Positions 1 through 8,649 of a stretch of DNA of 53,818 nt are shown one piece after another. Both the position numbers and the translations under genes were made by a program. The number at the start of each line of letters is the position of its first letter. Positions within the stretch are counted from its first letter, which is position 1. Source of the stretch: a virus (taxonomy: Duplodnaviria > Caudoviricetes); IMG/VR virus record IMGVR_UViG_3300034072_000606, positions 1 to 53,818 of that record, one strand, 5' to 3'. The notes under the pieces were generated by a model. The model was not told where the DNA came from. It worked only from the letters and a program-made list of their open reading frames with translations, and made no database searches.

Positions 1-153
1 GAGCCCAGGCCTGAAGAAACTGGATTGATTCGGATGTATTTCCCTTGATAGTCATTTCGTTCTCTTGTAACAAGAAGCCCAATAGGCAAGATCGGTCGGG
101 TTTTGAAAGACGCGGTAACATTCGCGTCTGATCGTTTCTTCAGTCGGCGCGTC
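1..153 (+). repeat. Terminal direct repeat (assembly overlap), copy 1
   Basis: Matches 53666-53818 except at positions 127 (T vs C) and 130 (G vs T). Confidence 0.97.
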
Positions 154-477
154 GGTTCCGTGAACCCAGACCAGCCGAACCTTCCAGCCTTCAAAGACGA
201 ACCATTCCTTGCCGACCCGCAATACAAGGAAGACGAAGCCGCCGGAATGCCACCGGCGATACAGCCACGCCTTCTGCTGAGGGGTCGGGGGGTGCTTGAG
301 CCGGAGCGGTCCCCCGCGAGGTGGCCAGCGGTCGGCGTGTTTCAGCTCAAACCAGCCTTCCTTGAAGTTGACGTCAGGGGTTCCGGGGAAAGCGGGGTTT
401 TCAACCCTGACCGGGTCAAGGTTGAAATTCTGCATAGGCGTCCGCAACGCCTGCCACATCTGCGATTCACTTGGCAT
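52..477 (-). CDS. PD-(D/E)xK nuclease / Holliday junction resolvase-like (VRR-NUC-like)
   Basis: RVEN..PGTPDV...WFELK motif and TPQQKAWL; directly upstream of the primase-helicase on the circle. Confidence 0.75.
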   Translation of the reverse strand: MPSESQMWQALRTPMQNFNLDPVRVENPAFPGTPDVNFKEGWFELKHADRWPPRGGPLRLKHPPTPQQKAWLYRRWHSGGFVFLVLRVGKEWFVFEGWKVRLVWVHGTDAPTEETIRRECYRVFQNPTDLAYWASCYKRTK

Positions 478-908
478 TATTCGAATGAATCCCTTGGGTA
501 CATAGAAAAGTCTTTATGATTGTTTTTGTTGGTTTCCCCCACGTAGTCCCCCGGAACAGCGCGGGTTGCGCGCTTCGCCTTAATCTTCGCCATCACTTCG
601 GGGCTCTGAACTCTGGCGAGCTCAGACACAGAGGCGTGGTTAAGGTCGATCCCCGCCGCGCTACAAAGAGCCGCAAGCGTGAGTGCGACGCCGCCAACTT
701 CCTGTTCCGGTTGACCTACGGGACGATTGAAGACGTAATAGACCAGCCCCTGAGCTTCGTCAGATGTACAGTCCATCGACTGAAACAACTCCAAAGCTTC
801 TTCAAGAAGCCTGAATGCCCGCTCGCGTTTGTTGGTGACGGTTTCGGGCGTGAAGCATTCGTCCATCCACTTCTTGACGCCTGCCTGATAGATATTGATG
901 CTGCTCAT
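477..908 (-). CDS. MazG-like nucleotide pyrophosphohydrolase-type protein
   Basis: LLEEALEL...QEVGGV acidic helices. Start moved to ATG 908 (ATGA overlap with the upstream stop). Confidence 0.55.
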   Translation of the reverse strand: MSSINIYQAGVKKWMDECFTPETVTNKRERAFRLLEEALELFQSMDCTSDEAQGLVYYVFNRPVGQPEQEVGGVALTLAALCSAAGIDLNHASVSELARVQSPEVMAKIKAKRATRAVPGDYVGETNKNNHKDFSMYPRDSFE

Positions 909-1327
909 TTCAAACCCTCCGGTTCTTTCACTTCCACTCCGCAAAGCCGGAATAGCTCAGCGGCCTTCTCCACGGTTTCGATCACCGCCGGATCGTCGCG
1001 CCACGGACCCGGCGGACAAACCACGCACTTGATCCCGAAGCCGATTATGAGCTTGGCGCATTCCTTACAAGGGTGAGCCGTCACCGTGAGCGTAGCCCCG
1101 GCGGCGAGACGACTGGCGCCAATCAAAGCCACGGCTTCAGCGTGGACAACTGCCTGATATTTCTTCTCGCGGTCTCCCCACCAGTCTTCTGGTACGCCTT
1201 CCGGAAATCGGTTCCATCCGGTACTGATGACCCCAAATCGTTTATCGTGGACGACCGCACCTACTTTGGTTGAGGGGTCGCGGCTGAATTTTGCTGCGTT
1301 CTGAGCTTCTTCAAAGAAAATGTCCAT
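905..1327 (-). CDS. dCMP deaminase
   Basis: SRDPSTKVGAV, TGWNRFP, HAE and PCKEC zinc-deaminase motifs. Confidence 0.92.
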   Translation of the reverse strand: MDIFFEEAQNAAKFSRDPSTKVGAVVHDKRFGVISTGWNRFPEGVPEDWWGDREKKYQAVVHAEAVALIGASRLAAGATLTVTAHPCKECAKLIIGFGIKCVVCPPGPWRDDPAVIETVEKAAELFRLCGVEVKEPEGLK

Positions 1328-1350
1328 TGGTTCTCCCTTTCTGGGTCCTC

Positions 1351-1379
1351 AGATTATCCCCGCTTCGGCCCGGGGTCTA
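1351..1379 (-). promoter_or_regulatory. Sigma70-like promoter TAGACC-N17-TAATCT with a CGGGGATAA box at -10
   Basis: Intergenic, 17-nt spacer, followed by an RBS and the dCMP deaminase start. Confidence 0.55.
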
Positions 1380-1382
1380 GCC

Positions 1383-3434
1383 TCATCCCATTGATGCGCC
1401 CCAGCTCTCGCCCAGCTCAACATCGACCTTAAATGGGACGTGTGTTTCCAACACGTTCTCCATTATCTCAGCCCCAAACTTCGCTTCTTCCGGGGTCATA
1501 GAGCCGTCGATTTCATCGTGGACCTGGAGCTGAACATAGAGCCCTGCCGCATCCATTTCCACCAGCGCCATCTTCGTCTGGTCGGCTGAGCCGCCCTGAA
1601 TGCGGCGGTTGAAAGCCTTGTGGAGCCAATCGAAGCTGCCGTCATCCTTTTGCGGGAACCGGCAACGCCGTCCGCCGATTGTTTCGATGAAGCCCTGCTT
1701 CTCAGCGAGCTTCTGCATATAGTTCGCCATCTTGCGGACGAACGGCACCTGACGGTCAAACATATCAATCAGGGCTTGGCCTTCGGCCCCGGCACATTCC
1801 CAATAGCGCACGTCATACCCGGCCTGACGACCCGCGTTAGCTTTCGCGACAACTTCTGCGTAAGTTTCGAAGTCCTTCTGCTTCCGGGCGCGACCCTCTT
1901 TCCACGTCAGTCTCCAAGCCGAAGGCAAACCCAAATCGCCGCACAGCTTAGCGCCTCCCATGCCGTAGGAAAGTCCCAGGAAGATGTTTTTCGCGTACTT
2001 GCGTTTCTGACTGAAAGCGGCTTTGCCGTGAAGTTCAAGATAGTCGTCACCGTTGATCATACGGGTCATCATATCGTGGAAGTCCATCGTGGGGTCTTCC
2101 CGATACCGCCGCGCTGCTTCCAGAGCGCTTTCATACGCAGCTGAGCCTATCGCTTCAGGGCCGGTCTCGATTGCCGAGTTGACGGCCTGTCTGGGCTCCT
2201 GCTGGGAGTAGTCGAGAGCGGCCCAAGGCACGCCGTTGTCCGGGACGTAAATGGATCGCCACATGGGTCCAATCTCGGGATCGCGAGCGGGTTGATTTTG
2301 AAAGTTGAAGTTGGCAGAACTCAGACGCCCAAAAGCAGCGCCTTCGGTCTCGCCGCTTTCATCGTCCTTCTGGCGACGGAGCTGATTGAACGTACAATGA
2401 GCTCGACCGTTGGTGAGATGCTCCTTGACGCTGTCGCAGAACGTGGATCGCAGCGTGCTCATCTTTTTGGCTCGCCGGAGGTGATCACCGATAGGATGGT
2501 CAAGGCTGTCGAGAACCTTAGCCGTCACGCTATCCTTGCCGGACTTCGCTGTTTTGGGCAGATCGATACCCAGCTCCCGGAGGACGGAAGCGAGGACGGC
2601 AGTGTTGGTGATATCGCCGAAGCTCAGGCGACGACCTGAATGAACGGAGTTGGCTGCGTCAATCGCCTTCTGCTGCTCAGAGCGGGCCCAAGCATCGACC
2701 TGCTCAAGCCGGTCTTCGTCAACCTTCACGCCCCGGCGGCGCATCTTCACCAGAACCGGAAGGACCCGGCTTTCAAGGTTGAAGACCCTCCAGAGGTCCT
2801 GATTTTCAATCTCGCGTTCCTGTCGCCGGAGGATTTGAAGGGGCAGGCGGGCGTCCTGCTCACCGTAGGGGCCTACCAGCTTGGCAGGGAGCGCCCAAAT
2901 ACCGCCTTTAGCGGCCTTGCCTGTGTAACCGTATGCCGCGAGCGCCTCGCGCAATAGGGTCTCATCCTTGCCGGGAAGGTTCCACCGCTCGCTGATTGAC
3001 TCAAGGCTGTAGCTGTAGTGGAGCTCATTGATGAGGGGGTCGGCCACTTGAACATCACGGAACCACTTGACATTAGGGAACACAATTCCCTCTTCTTCAA
3101 GAAAGTCCAGATCGTACCCGAGATTGGCGCCGACTAGGATGCCGTCAAATTTCGCTGCGCAGTCCCGGAGGTACGCAATCACCTGCGCCGGGGGAAGGTT
3201 TCCGCCCCCGGCGTGGCGTATCGGAAGATAAAAGCAGGGGCCGTCCTCAATCGCGATTGAGATGCCGGCAATGTAAGCCCCCCGGCGAACCCCGGGACCC
3301 ATTTTGGTCAGAAGGTCGTCCCGGTTCTCCGTATCAATCGCAACCCGACCCGATCCCCAGGAGGTCGGGAGGTCGGAAAGGTTAGGGGCGGTCCACGAGC
3401 TTTCTGGCTCAAACAGGGGCAATTGCGCGTACAT
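1383..3434 (-). CDS. polA: Family A DNA polymerase with 3'-5' exonuclease
   Basis: Exo AIDTE; GRLSSANFNFQN; motif A LDYSQQEPR; motif B RKYAKNIFLGLSYG; motif C VHDEI. Confidence 0.96.
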   Translation of the reverse strand: MYAQLPLFEPESSWTAPNLSDLPTSWGSGRVAIDTENRDDLLTKMGPGVRRGAYIAGISIAIEDGPCFYLPIRHAGGGNLPPAQVIAYLRDCAAKFDGILVGANLGYDLDFLEEEGIVFPNVKWFRDVQVADPLINELHYSYSLESISERWNLPGKDETLLREALAAYGYTGKAAKGGIWALPAKLVGPYGEQDARLPLQILRRQEREIENQDLWRVFNLESRVLPVLVKMRRRGVKVDEDRLEQVDAWARSEQQKAIDAANSVHSGRRLSFGDITNTAVLASVLRELGIDLPKTAKSGKDSVTAKVLDSLDHPIGDHLRRAKKMSTLRSTFCDSVKEHLTNGRAHCTFNQLRRQKDDESGETEGAAFGRLSSANFNFQNQPARDPEIGPMWRSIYVPDNGVPWAALDYSQQEPRQAVNSAIETGPEAIGSAAYESALEAARRYREDPTMDFHDMMTRMINGDDYLELHGKAAFSQKRKYAKNIFLGLSYGMGGAKLCGDLGLPSAWRLTWKEGRARKQKDFETYAEVVAKANAGRQAGYDVRYWECAGAEGQALIDMFDRQVPFVRKMANYMQKLAEKQGFIETIGGRRCRFPQKDDGSFDWLHKAFNRRIQGGSADQTKMALVEMDAAGLYVQLQVHDEIDGSMTPEEAKFGAEIMENVLETHVPFKVDVELGESWGASMG

Positions 3435-3684
3435 CGGTCACCAGTTTGTCTGCTTGCTGATCGGATAAGAGACGGCGAACCTTTTTGACGCCGTGACTCA
3501 CTGTCGTGCGGTCTCGCTGAAGCTGGAGACCGATTTGCGTGAAGTTGTTCTGCTCCATCCACATCAGCCACATCACGATCTGACGGGCCCAAGCAACCTC
3601 CGGGGAGCAACGGGTGGAGCAGAGAAGCTGAGCCCGGGAAACCCCGAACTCAGCCTCAACAACCTTGAGAACGGTCTCAAGCAT
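3409..3684 (-). CDS. Stand-alone DnaA C-terminal (domain IV) HTH DNA-binding protein
   Basis: VEAEFGVS..LL...R...VAWARQIVMWL......QIG...RDRTTVSHG matches the DnaA domain IV signature (RQIAMYL...IG..F.RDHTTV.HA). Confidence 0.8.
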   Translation of the reverse strand: MLETVLKVVEAEFGVSRAQLLCSTRCSPEVAWARQIVMWLMWMEQNNFTQIGLQLQRDRTTVSHGVKKVRRLLSDQQADKLVTDVRAIAPV

Positions 3685-4078
3685 GGATCGCCTCATAAGC
3701 GTCGATCATCTTTTCCAGATAATGGATCGCCCGGTCAATATCATCGTGATCCAACCAGCAATCGATCATCGTTATCGCCACGGCGTCGTCGCTGTTCAGA
3801 TCGATCCCGTTGGACTTCAGGAAGTCATAACGGCGATGATCAGACCGCATTGGACGATTGAAGGCCGGAGGGCAATAAGTAATCCCCAGAGCTTTGATCT
3901 TCTGGAGATAGGTGATTGCCTTCTTGAGGCCCTGAACGCCGTCCTTCTTGCGCCAGCGGGTGACGTATTTGGTGGCGCAGCCCTCCAGATACCCGAGACC
4001 GGTTTCAGCGGCCCAGTCCCAGTGCTGATACGTTGCTTCGTAGTGATCCCCGCCGACCTGTTCAACGTGAGCGTTCAT
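3677..4078 (-). CDS. DUF3310 / T7 gp1.7-like protein (possible dNMP kinase)
   Basis: QVGGDHY...EG.ATKYVTRWRKKDG..GLKKA..YL. Confidence 0.75.
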   Translation of the reverse strand: MNAHVEQVGGDHYEATYQHWDWAAETGLGYLEGCATKYVTRWRKKDGVQGLKKAITYLQKIKALGITYCPPAFNRPMRSDHRRYDFLKSNGIDLNSDDAVAITMIDCWLDHDDIDRAIHYLEKMIDAYEAIHA

Positions 4079-4509
4079 CGGCTCGCCTCCTCAGCGAGAC
4101 GTTCAACCAGCTCATCCCAGGACGTCATCAGTTCAACGTCCGGGAGGGCAGTGAACACGCTTTCGTGACCCGGGGGAAGATGGTCGTGACCACCCTTACG
4201 CGGATCAAGGTCCAGCACCGCAATCGTGCGATGACCGAGTGCGTGGGCGTAGCCGAACTCAAACCATCGACCGCCGCCCCGGTTCTCAGACGCCTGCGGC
4301 TCGCCGATGAAGACGAGCGTATCAGCGCGGCGAACGTCTTCCACGTCTCGGATCGCGTGATACTGGATGTTGTCGCCAGCGGCTTCATCATCCCAAATCC
4401 AGCCGCCGGTGATCTCGTAACCGGCGGCTTGAAGCTTCGCCGCGACTTCCCGCAAGGCGAACCTCTGGGCATATTTGGCCGCAATGTAAATCTTACGCGT
4501 TTTCATCAA
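4075..4509 (-). CDS. Nucleoside 2-deoxyribosyltransferase / dNMP N-glycosidase family protein
   Basis: IYIAA, DVEDVRRAD and GG..FEFGYAHALG motifs. Confidence 0.8.
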   Translation of the reverse strand: MMKTRKIYIAAKYAQRFALREVAAKLQAAGYEITGGWIWDDEAAGDNIQYHAIRDVEDVRRADTLVFIGEPQASENRGGGRWFEFGYAHALGHRTIAVLDLDPRKGGHDHLPPGHESVFTALPDVELMTSWDELVERLAEEASR

Positions 4510-4666
4510 TTATCACCGTGATGGTCTGTGGCGGCTTCTCTTTGAAAGCCGACCGTTTGATGTAGATTGACTCAAGGCCGCCGTCACCGGCCTTGAAACC
4601 ATATCGATAGCTGTTCTTGGGCTGGCGGTCGTCAGCCAGCAGCTCCATTTTGATTTTCAGCAGCAT
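4493..4666 (-). CDS. 57-aa hypothetical protein (not in ORF track)
   Basis: Read by hand: MLLKIKMELLADDRQPKNSYRYGFKAGDGGLESIYIKRSAFKEKPPQTITVIIDENA; overlaps both neighbours and fills the gap. Confidence 0.6.
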   Translation of the reverse strand: MLLKIKMELLADDRQPKNSYRYGFKAGDGGLESIYIKRSAFKEKPPQTITVIIDENA

Positions 4667-5744
4667 GATTCACTCCGTCATCCGCCGCCCGGGATCGCGA
4701 GCGAGCCCGGTTTGTGAGCCAAAGTGTGGCCCCCACCCTCCAGTCGTTGTCGGCTGGGATTTGTTCCAGTATCTCGGATGCGTCCAAAATACCGGTCTTC
4801 TTGCTCGCCTTGAAGGCCCGGTGAGCCATAACCATCGGGCAGGCGACCTTGCGCAGGAACGGCGAGCGAATGCCGATCCGGGCCGGGTCTTCGAAGAACA
4901 TGTTGATGTCTTCCAGGATTTCCTTTTCAGACTGCCCAGAGAACATATCCATCGGGCGCACGACATTGCGGCCATACGGGTCCTGGATCGGCTGACCGGC
5001 GGTCGGGTGAACCTTCGAAACACCCCACGGCCATTCGACCGGGGCCTTGTCCAGCGTGGACAGATAGGCGTGATAGTTGTTCGCCACCTGCCAATAGTAG
5101 CCCATCGGCACGCCGATCATCGCGGCAAGGTATTCCTGAAGGACGGAGAAGTGAACGGCGTTGGCGCCATAGGCCCCCCAGACCATATCGTTGGATCGGT
5201 TGAAAACGGTTAGGTTCAGCTTCCCGTCAACGATAGCCGGCAGGGCCATCAGGTTACACGGAATATCCTTGCCGCCGCGATCCGCAGCAGGCTGATCGGT
5301 TTCCGCGTCGTACATCTGGATGACAACGCGGCGGTCACTGGGGTCTTCCTTCAGGCGACGGATCGCCCACGCGAGCTGATCAAGCGTATTCAGCCGGGGA
5401 CTGTCGGCAATGAAATGCTTGCGCCAGCGGTGGCCATAGGCCCCGGGGACCGTCTTGCCATCATCGCTATAGCGCCCGAAGTCGGCGACGTAAGGCGTCA
5501 GGGCCTTGAGGTCGTTGCGACCGGCGATCATCCAGAGCGATTCAACGAGATGGAAGAAGGGGTTGGCATCCCGGACCTCGTTGAACAGGACGCGCTCCTG
5601 CGGGCAGGTGTAGAACGTGGACACCGGGCCAGGAAGAACCAGCACCGGGCCGTTCCGGGTCTCACTCTGGACGCCGTATTGGCGGATGATGTTAGCCCCC
5701 GACCAAAGGGCGTCGTTCACGTTGCGGGCTTCGATAGTGATCAT
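4632..5744 (-). CDS. Thymidylate-synthase-fold enzyme, probable dUMP hydroxymethylase
   Basis: ETRNG, RDANPFFH, GAYG.RWR, DIPCN (catalytic Cys), RSND..WG.YGAN (Asn implies dUMP specificity), NNYHAY. Context of HMUDK and aGPT-PPlases. Start at ATG 5744 with AGGAGA RBS. Confidence 0.85.
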   Translation of the reverse strand: MITIEARNVNDALWSGANIIRQYGVQSETRNGPVLVLPGPVSTFYTCPQERVLFNEVRDANPFFHLVESLWMIAGRNDLKALTPYVADFGRYSDDGKTVPGAYGHRWRKHFIADSPRLNTLDQLAWAIRRLKEDPSDRRVVIQMYDAETDQPAADRGGKDIPCNLMALPAIVDGKLNLTVFNRSNDMVWGAYGANAVHFSVLQEYLAAMIGVPMGYYWQVANNYHAYLSTLDKAPVEWPWGVSKVHPTAGQPIQDPYGRNVVRPMDMFSGQSEKEILEDINMFFEDPARIGIRSPFLRKVACPMVMAHRAFKASKKTGILDASEILEQIPADNDWRVGATLWLTNRARSRSRAADDGVNHAAENQNGAAG

Positions 5745-5893
5745 TTCTTGTCTGTCTCCTTGGTCTTCTTGACCTTTGGTTTGCGACACAACGCAGGGAA
5801 ATTGTGGCGGTGTCTCGCTTCTTCGATTGCCGACCGGGAGACGTGGCCGCAAATACAGCCCCACGTCATCCGCCAATATGCAGAACGGCCCAT
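5741..5893 (-). CDS. 50-aa basic protein with CxC..HxH putative zinc finger (not in ORF track)
   Basis: MGRSAYWRMTWGCICGHVSRSAIEEARHRHNFPALCRKPKVKKTKETDKK; TGATG and ATGA overlaps at its two ends. Confidence 0.65.
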   Translation of the reverse strand: MGRSAYWRMTWGCICGHVSRSAIEEARHRHNFPALCRKPKVKKTKETDKK

Positions 5894-6870
5894 CAGTAGC
5901 CCCTCCCCGGAATGTATTGGGCTCTTGGCTTGCCCTCCCCGTTCTTAACCCGGAGGTATTTGTCCACTTCGCAGCAACAATTCTGAATGTCGCTGAGGTC
6001 GATATGCGGAACCCAAGGGGCGCGGAAGCGGTCCTGCTCCTCGTAAATCTGCCTCATTTCGTCCAGCCCCTGATCCTGAGACAGGTTGAAATTCACGTCG
6101 CGACCGGCGAGCCGATTGAGGCCGCGCCGGGACCCCGGGCCGACTGCGGCCCAAGTATTGATATCAGGCGCTCCCCGGAGATAACGGGTGTGGCGCATAT
6201 CCACGCAGACCTGATAGGCCATAAAAGGCCCCCAGCCGATATAGCGGGGGTGCTGGAACCTTGCCCAAACAGACTCCATAGCCAAGCCGCCTTCGGGCTG
6301 GTCTTCAAGGATCGCTTCCCATTCGTGACGATCCTCCCACAGGCGACCGATGACGATGCGGGCGACGTACTGCTGCTTGGTCCAGCTGTACCATTCCGCT
6401 TTCGGGTTGCTCTCAGCCCGGATCATATACGCCCCGGTGTAGACCTTCTCGCCTTGCTTCGACCACCAGTCAAGAGCCCTGCCGAGATTAGAGGGGCTGA
6501 AGATCGAAGAAGTTGGCCAAGGGTAGCCGCTCGCAATCAAAAACTGGAGCGTCTGCGGCCAGTTGATGTAACGCCCAATCGCGAGCATCAGCCAGAGGTG
6601 GCGGTCATCGGCGTAGGGATCGCGGATGTGCTCCTTGATCCATGCCGTCACGCGGTCTAACTCCCGGAAGACATTACAGAAGCGGTACGCCTTGAGGATC
6701 GGGTCGGCTGTAAAGACCCCGGACGGCAAGCCCATGTATTCTTCAGTGAACACTTCTTGGTTCACCGGCCATTGTAAAAGCTCGTTGCCGGCAGCAGCTT
6801 CTTTGCGCAGATAGATCGCGTGGCGCTCGTTGACCCAATTCCAGAGGGGCGCGGTGTCAAGGTTTGCCAT
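5893..6870 (-). CDS. aGPT-PPlase clade 1 (amino acid/amine:DNA transferase-like, HhH glycosylase fold)
   Basis: NERHAIY, DPIL..YRFCNVFRELDRVT, YTGAYMI, GPFMAYQV.VD, GPGSRRGLNRL, QNCCCEVDKY. Confidence 0.88.
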   Translation of the reverse strand: MANLDTAPLWNWVNERHAIYLRKEAAAGNELLQWPVNQEVFTEEYMGLPSGVFTADPILKAYRFCNVFRELDRVTAWIKEHIRDPYADDRHLWLMLAIGRYINWPQTLQFLIASGYPWPTSSIFSPSNLGRALDWWSKQGEKVYTGAYMIRAESNPKAEWYSWTKQQYVARIVIGRLWEDRHEWEAILEDQPEGGLAMESVWARFQHPRYIGWGPFMAYQVCVDMRHTRYLRGAPDINTWAAVGPGSRRGLNRLAGRDVNFNLSQDQGLDEMRQIYEEQDRFRAPWVPHIDLSDIQNCCCEVDKYLRVKNGEGKPRAQYIPGRGY

Positions 6871-7159
6871 TGATCTTAACCCCTTCAAAACCCAACCCCG
6901 TCATGAAGCAGCAAGCATGACCTTCTGTTTCCGGCGGCGTGACTCCGGGTTTGTTGGACAAGGCGTAACCGGTCGCAGAACAAAACAGACGCTCCGCGAT
7001 GGTCAGAGGACTCATTTCCGAAACCGCCGCCAATTCTATAACGGTCGGATGGTCGGAAAGATCGCAAATCATTCTGACGACCTTCTCGCCAAGGGGGAGT
7101 ACGATCTGAGCGACCTGTGAATTGGTCTTGGCGCTGAAGTCTTCGGCCTTGAACATCAC
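6857..7159 (-). CDS. Hypothetical protein within the modification operon
   Basis: Overlaps both neighbours; no recognisable motif. Confidence 0.6.
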   Translation of the reverse strand: MMFKAEDFSAKTNSQVAQIVLPLGEKVVRMICDLSDHPTVIELAAVSEMSPLTIAERLFCSATGYALSNKPGVTPPETEGHACCFMTGLGFEGVKINGKP

Positions 7160-7764
7160 GTCCTCCCGGACTTGAACGCAACGTAAGCCTTGAGGTCCTC
7201 AAAGGCGCGGTCGTGGCGTAGGTTGACGGTATCGATGCCGGCAGCATCGAATTTGGCACGGGTGGCGTTGATCGCCTTGATCTTGTCCCTGACCAGATCA
7301 ACCTTGATTTCCCGGGTCTCGCCCTTGGCCGCGATCTGACGAGCCCGGATGCGCTCAAGGCAAAGCTCCAGCGGCGTGTCGAGATAGGCGATGAGAACTT
7401 GCTCGTGATGAATCCGGTTGTTGTCCCGGAAGAAATCCAGCCAGCTCCCGGCAACGGTCGAAGCCAGAACGCCTTCGCAGAGGACGTGTTCAACCGAGCA
7501 ACCCAACTCCAAGGCATATTGGATCGCGCCCTGCTGGATAGCGAAAGATGGAATTGTGTCCATTCCTCCGCAGCCTTGTTTGTAGGACCCGATGGCCATC
7601 ACGCCGTTACCGGCGTAGCCTTCGACCCGAAGACGGCGCGACGGGTCTTTCTTGGTCGGCGCGTCGTAAAAGTTGAGGTCAACCGGGTCCGGGTTCTCGC
7701 CGATCATTTGACGGGCGAGGTGGGTCTTGCCTGACCCGTTTGTTCCACGAATATTGATGATCAC
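7156..7764 (-). CDS. 5-hydroxymethyluridine DNA kinase (5-HMUDK, P-loop)
   Basis: IINIRGTNGSGKT, IGSY...CGGMDTI, CEG, LDTPLE.CLERI..R; flanked by aGPT-PPlases. Confidence 0.85.
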   Translation of the reverse strand: MIINIRGTNGSGKTHLARQMIGENPDPVDLNFYDAPTKKDPSRRLRVEGYAGNGVMAIGSYKQGCGGMDTIPSFAIQQGAIQYALELGCSVEHVLCEGVLASTVAGSWLDFFRDNNRIHHEQVLIAYLDTPLELCLERIRARQIAAKGETREIKVDLVRDKIKAINATRAKFDAAGIDTVNLRHDRAFEDLKAYVAFKSGRT

Positions 7765-7787
7765 GTTGGTTCTCCTTTTCTGATCCG

Positions 7788-7816
7788 ACCTTATCCCCGG
7801 AGTGGATAACAGTCAA
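7788..7816 (-). promoter_or_regulatory. Sigma70-like promoter TTGACT-N17-TAAGGT containing an inverted TTATCCAC/TTATCCCC pair
   Basis: Intergenic, 17-nt spacer, AGAAAAGGAG RBS downstream. Confidence 0.6.
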
Positions 7817-8649
7817 GCCTTGCCAGTTGGGTAAACTGCGAGTAGGTCTTGGGCTCCCCAAGCGGCCAGCTCGCGGCGATGGTCCTGGGTGTCTTTCCCG
7901 ATGAAGTAATGACCCTTCCGGGCGCTCTTCCACTTACACAGGACGGTCTCAACCTCCTGGATGTTACAAAATCGGGAACTGGATTTGCCTTTGAAACCGG
8001 GGGCTAAAATCCCCGCGTAAGCATCAAGCAACATCTCAACAACTCTCTGAGGCGTCATACCCAAGTTGCCAGTAGGGTCGAAAATGGTTGACATCATTTC
8101 AGCCCCCTCTCGGGGGTCCTTGTAGAGCGTGACCAACTCCTCTGGAAACGTGATTGGAACGCCCAAAACACGCTCAAGCATATCAGCGGCCTTGAACGCG
8201 ATCCACGGGCCGAACTGAGGCCAGTCCATAGCCTTGTTGACCTGTTCAAGTGTCCGGCAACCCTCAAGGCTGATCACCGCCTCTTCAGGGTGATTGAACC
8301 GGGACCTAAGCCATTCAACGCTGTCAACGCATTTCTGGCCGCGCCAGTGCCGACGCTCGTGCGCTCTGGGCCAACGAGCGCCGCCGCCCGGGATGCCTTG
8401 GGATTGAGGCCCGCATCCATCCGGGTTTTCTGCGGCAAGATGAAGATATTGCCAGAACCGAGTGCCGGAGTGATCGCTGATCCAATAGCTCGCGCCGACC
8501 GAATAGCAGCACCAGTAGGCGAGCATAAAGCGACGAAGGCGCGAGCCCTTGACATCCCATTCCGTCAGGCCGACATAAAGCGGGTCATGGTCATTGGTAA
8601 GAATGAGTTTCCGGCCCCATTCAACGGGGTTGTTGATCAGGTCTGTCAC
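7813..8649 (-). CDS. aGPT-PPlase clade 2 (amino acid:DNA transferase)
   Basis: LI.T.D.DP.Y, AYWC.Y, RWPR..ERRHWRG, FGPWIAFK.ADM.ER, QEVETVLCKWKS. Confidence 0.87.
   Translation of the reverse strand: MTDLINNPVEWGRKLILTNDHDPLYVGLTEWDVKGSRLRRFMLAYWCCYSVGASYWISDHSGTRFWQYLHLAAENPDGCGPQSQGIPGGGARWPRAHERRHWRGQKCVDSVEWLRSRFNHPEEAVISLEGCRTLEQVNKAMDWPQFGPWIAFKAADMLERVLGVPITFPEELVTLYKDPREGAEMMSTIFDPTGNLGMTPQRVVEMLLDAYAGILAPGFKGKSSSRFCNIQEVETVLCKWKSARKGHYFIGKDTQDHRRELAAWGAQDLLAVYPTGKA

Noticed and set aside
1-153. Physical direct terminal repeats of the virion DNA
   Set aside because: The repeat falls mid-operon across two coupled genes and is read-length sized, so it is most simply an assembly overlap. 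The P22-like TerS fits headful packaging better.
4632-5744. Ordinary ThyA or a dCMP hydroxymethylase
   Set aside because: Asn at the specificity position and the dCMP deaminase point to dUMP. The adjacent HMUDK and aGPT-PPlases need hmdU, so a plain methylating ThyA is unlikely, though not excluded without an assay.
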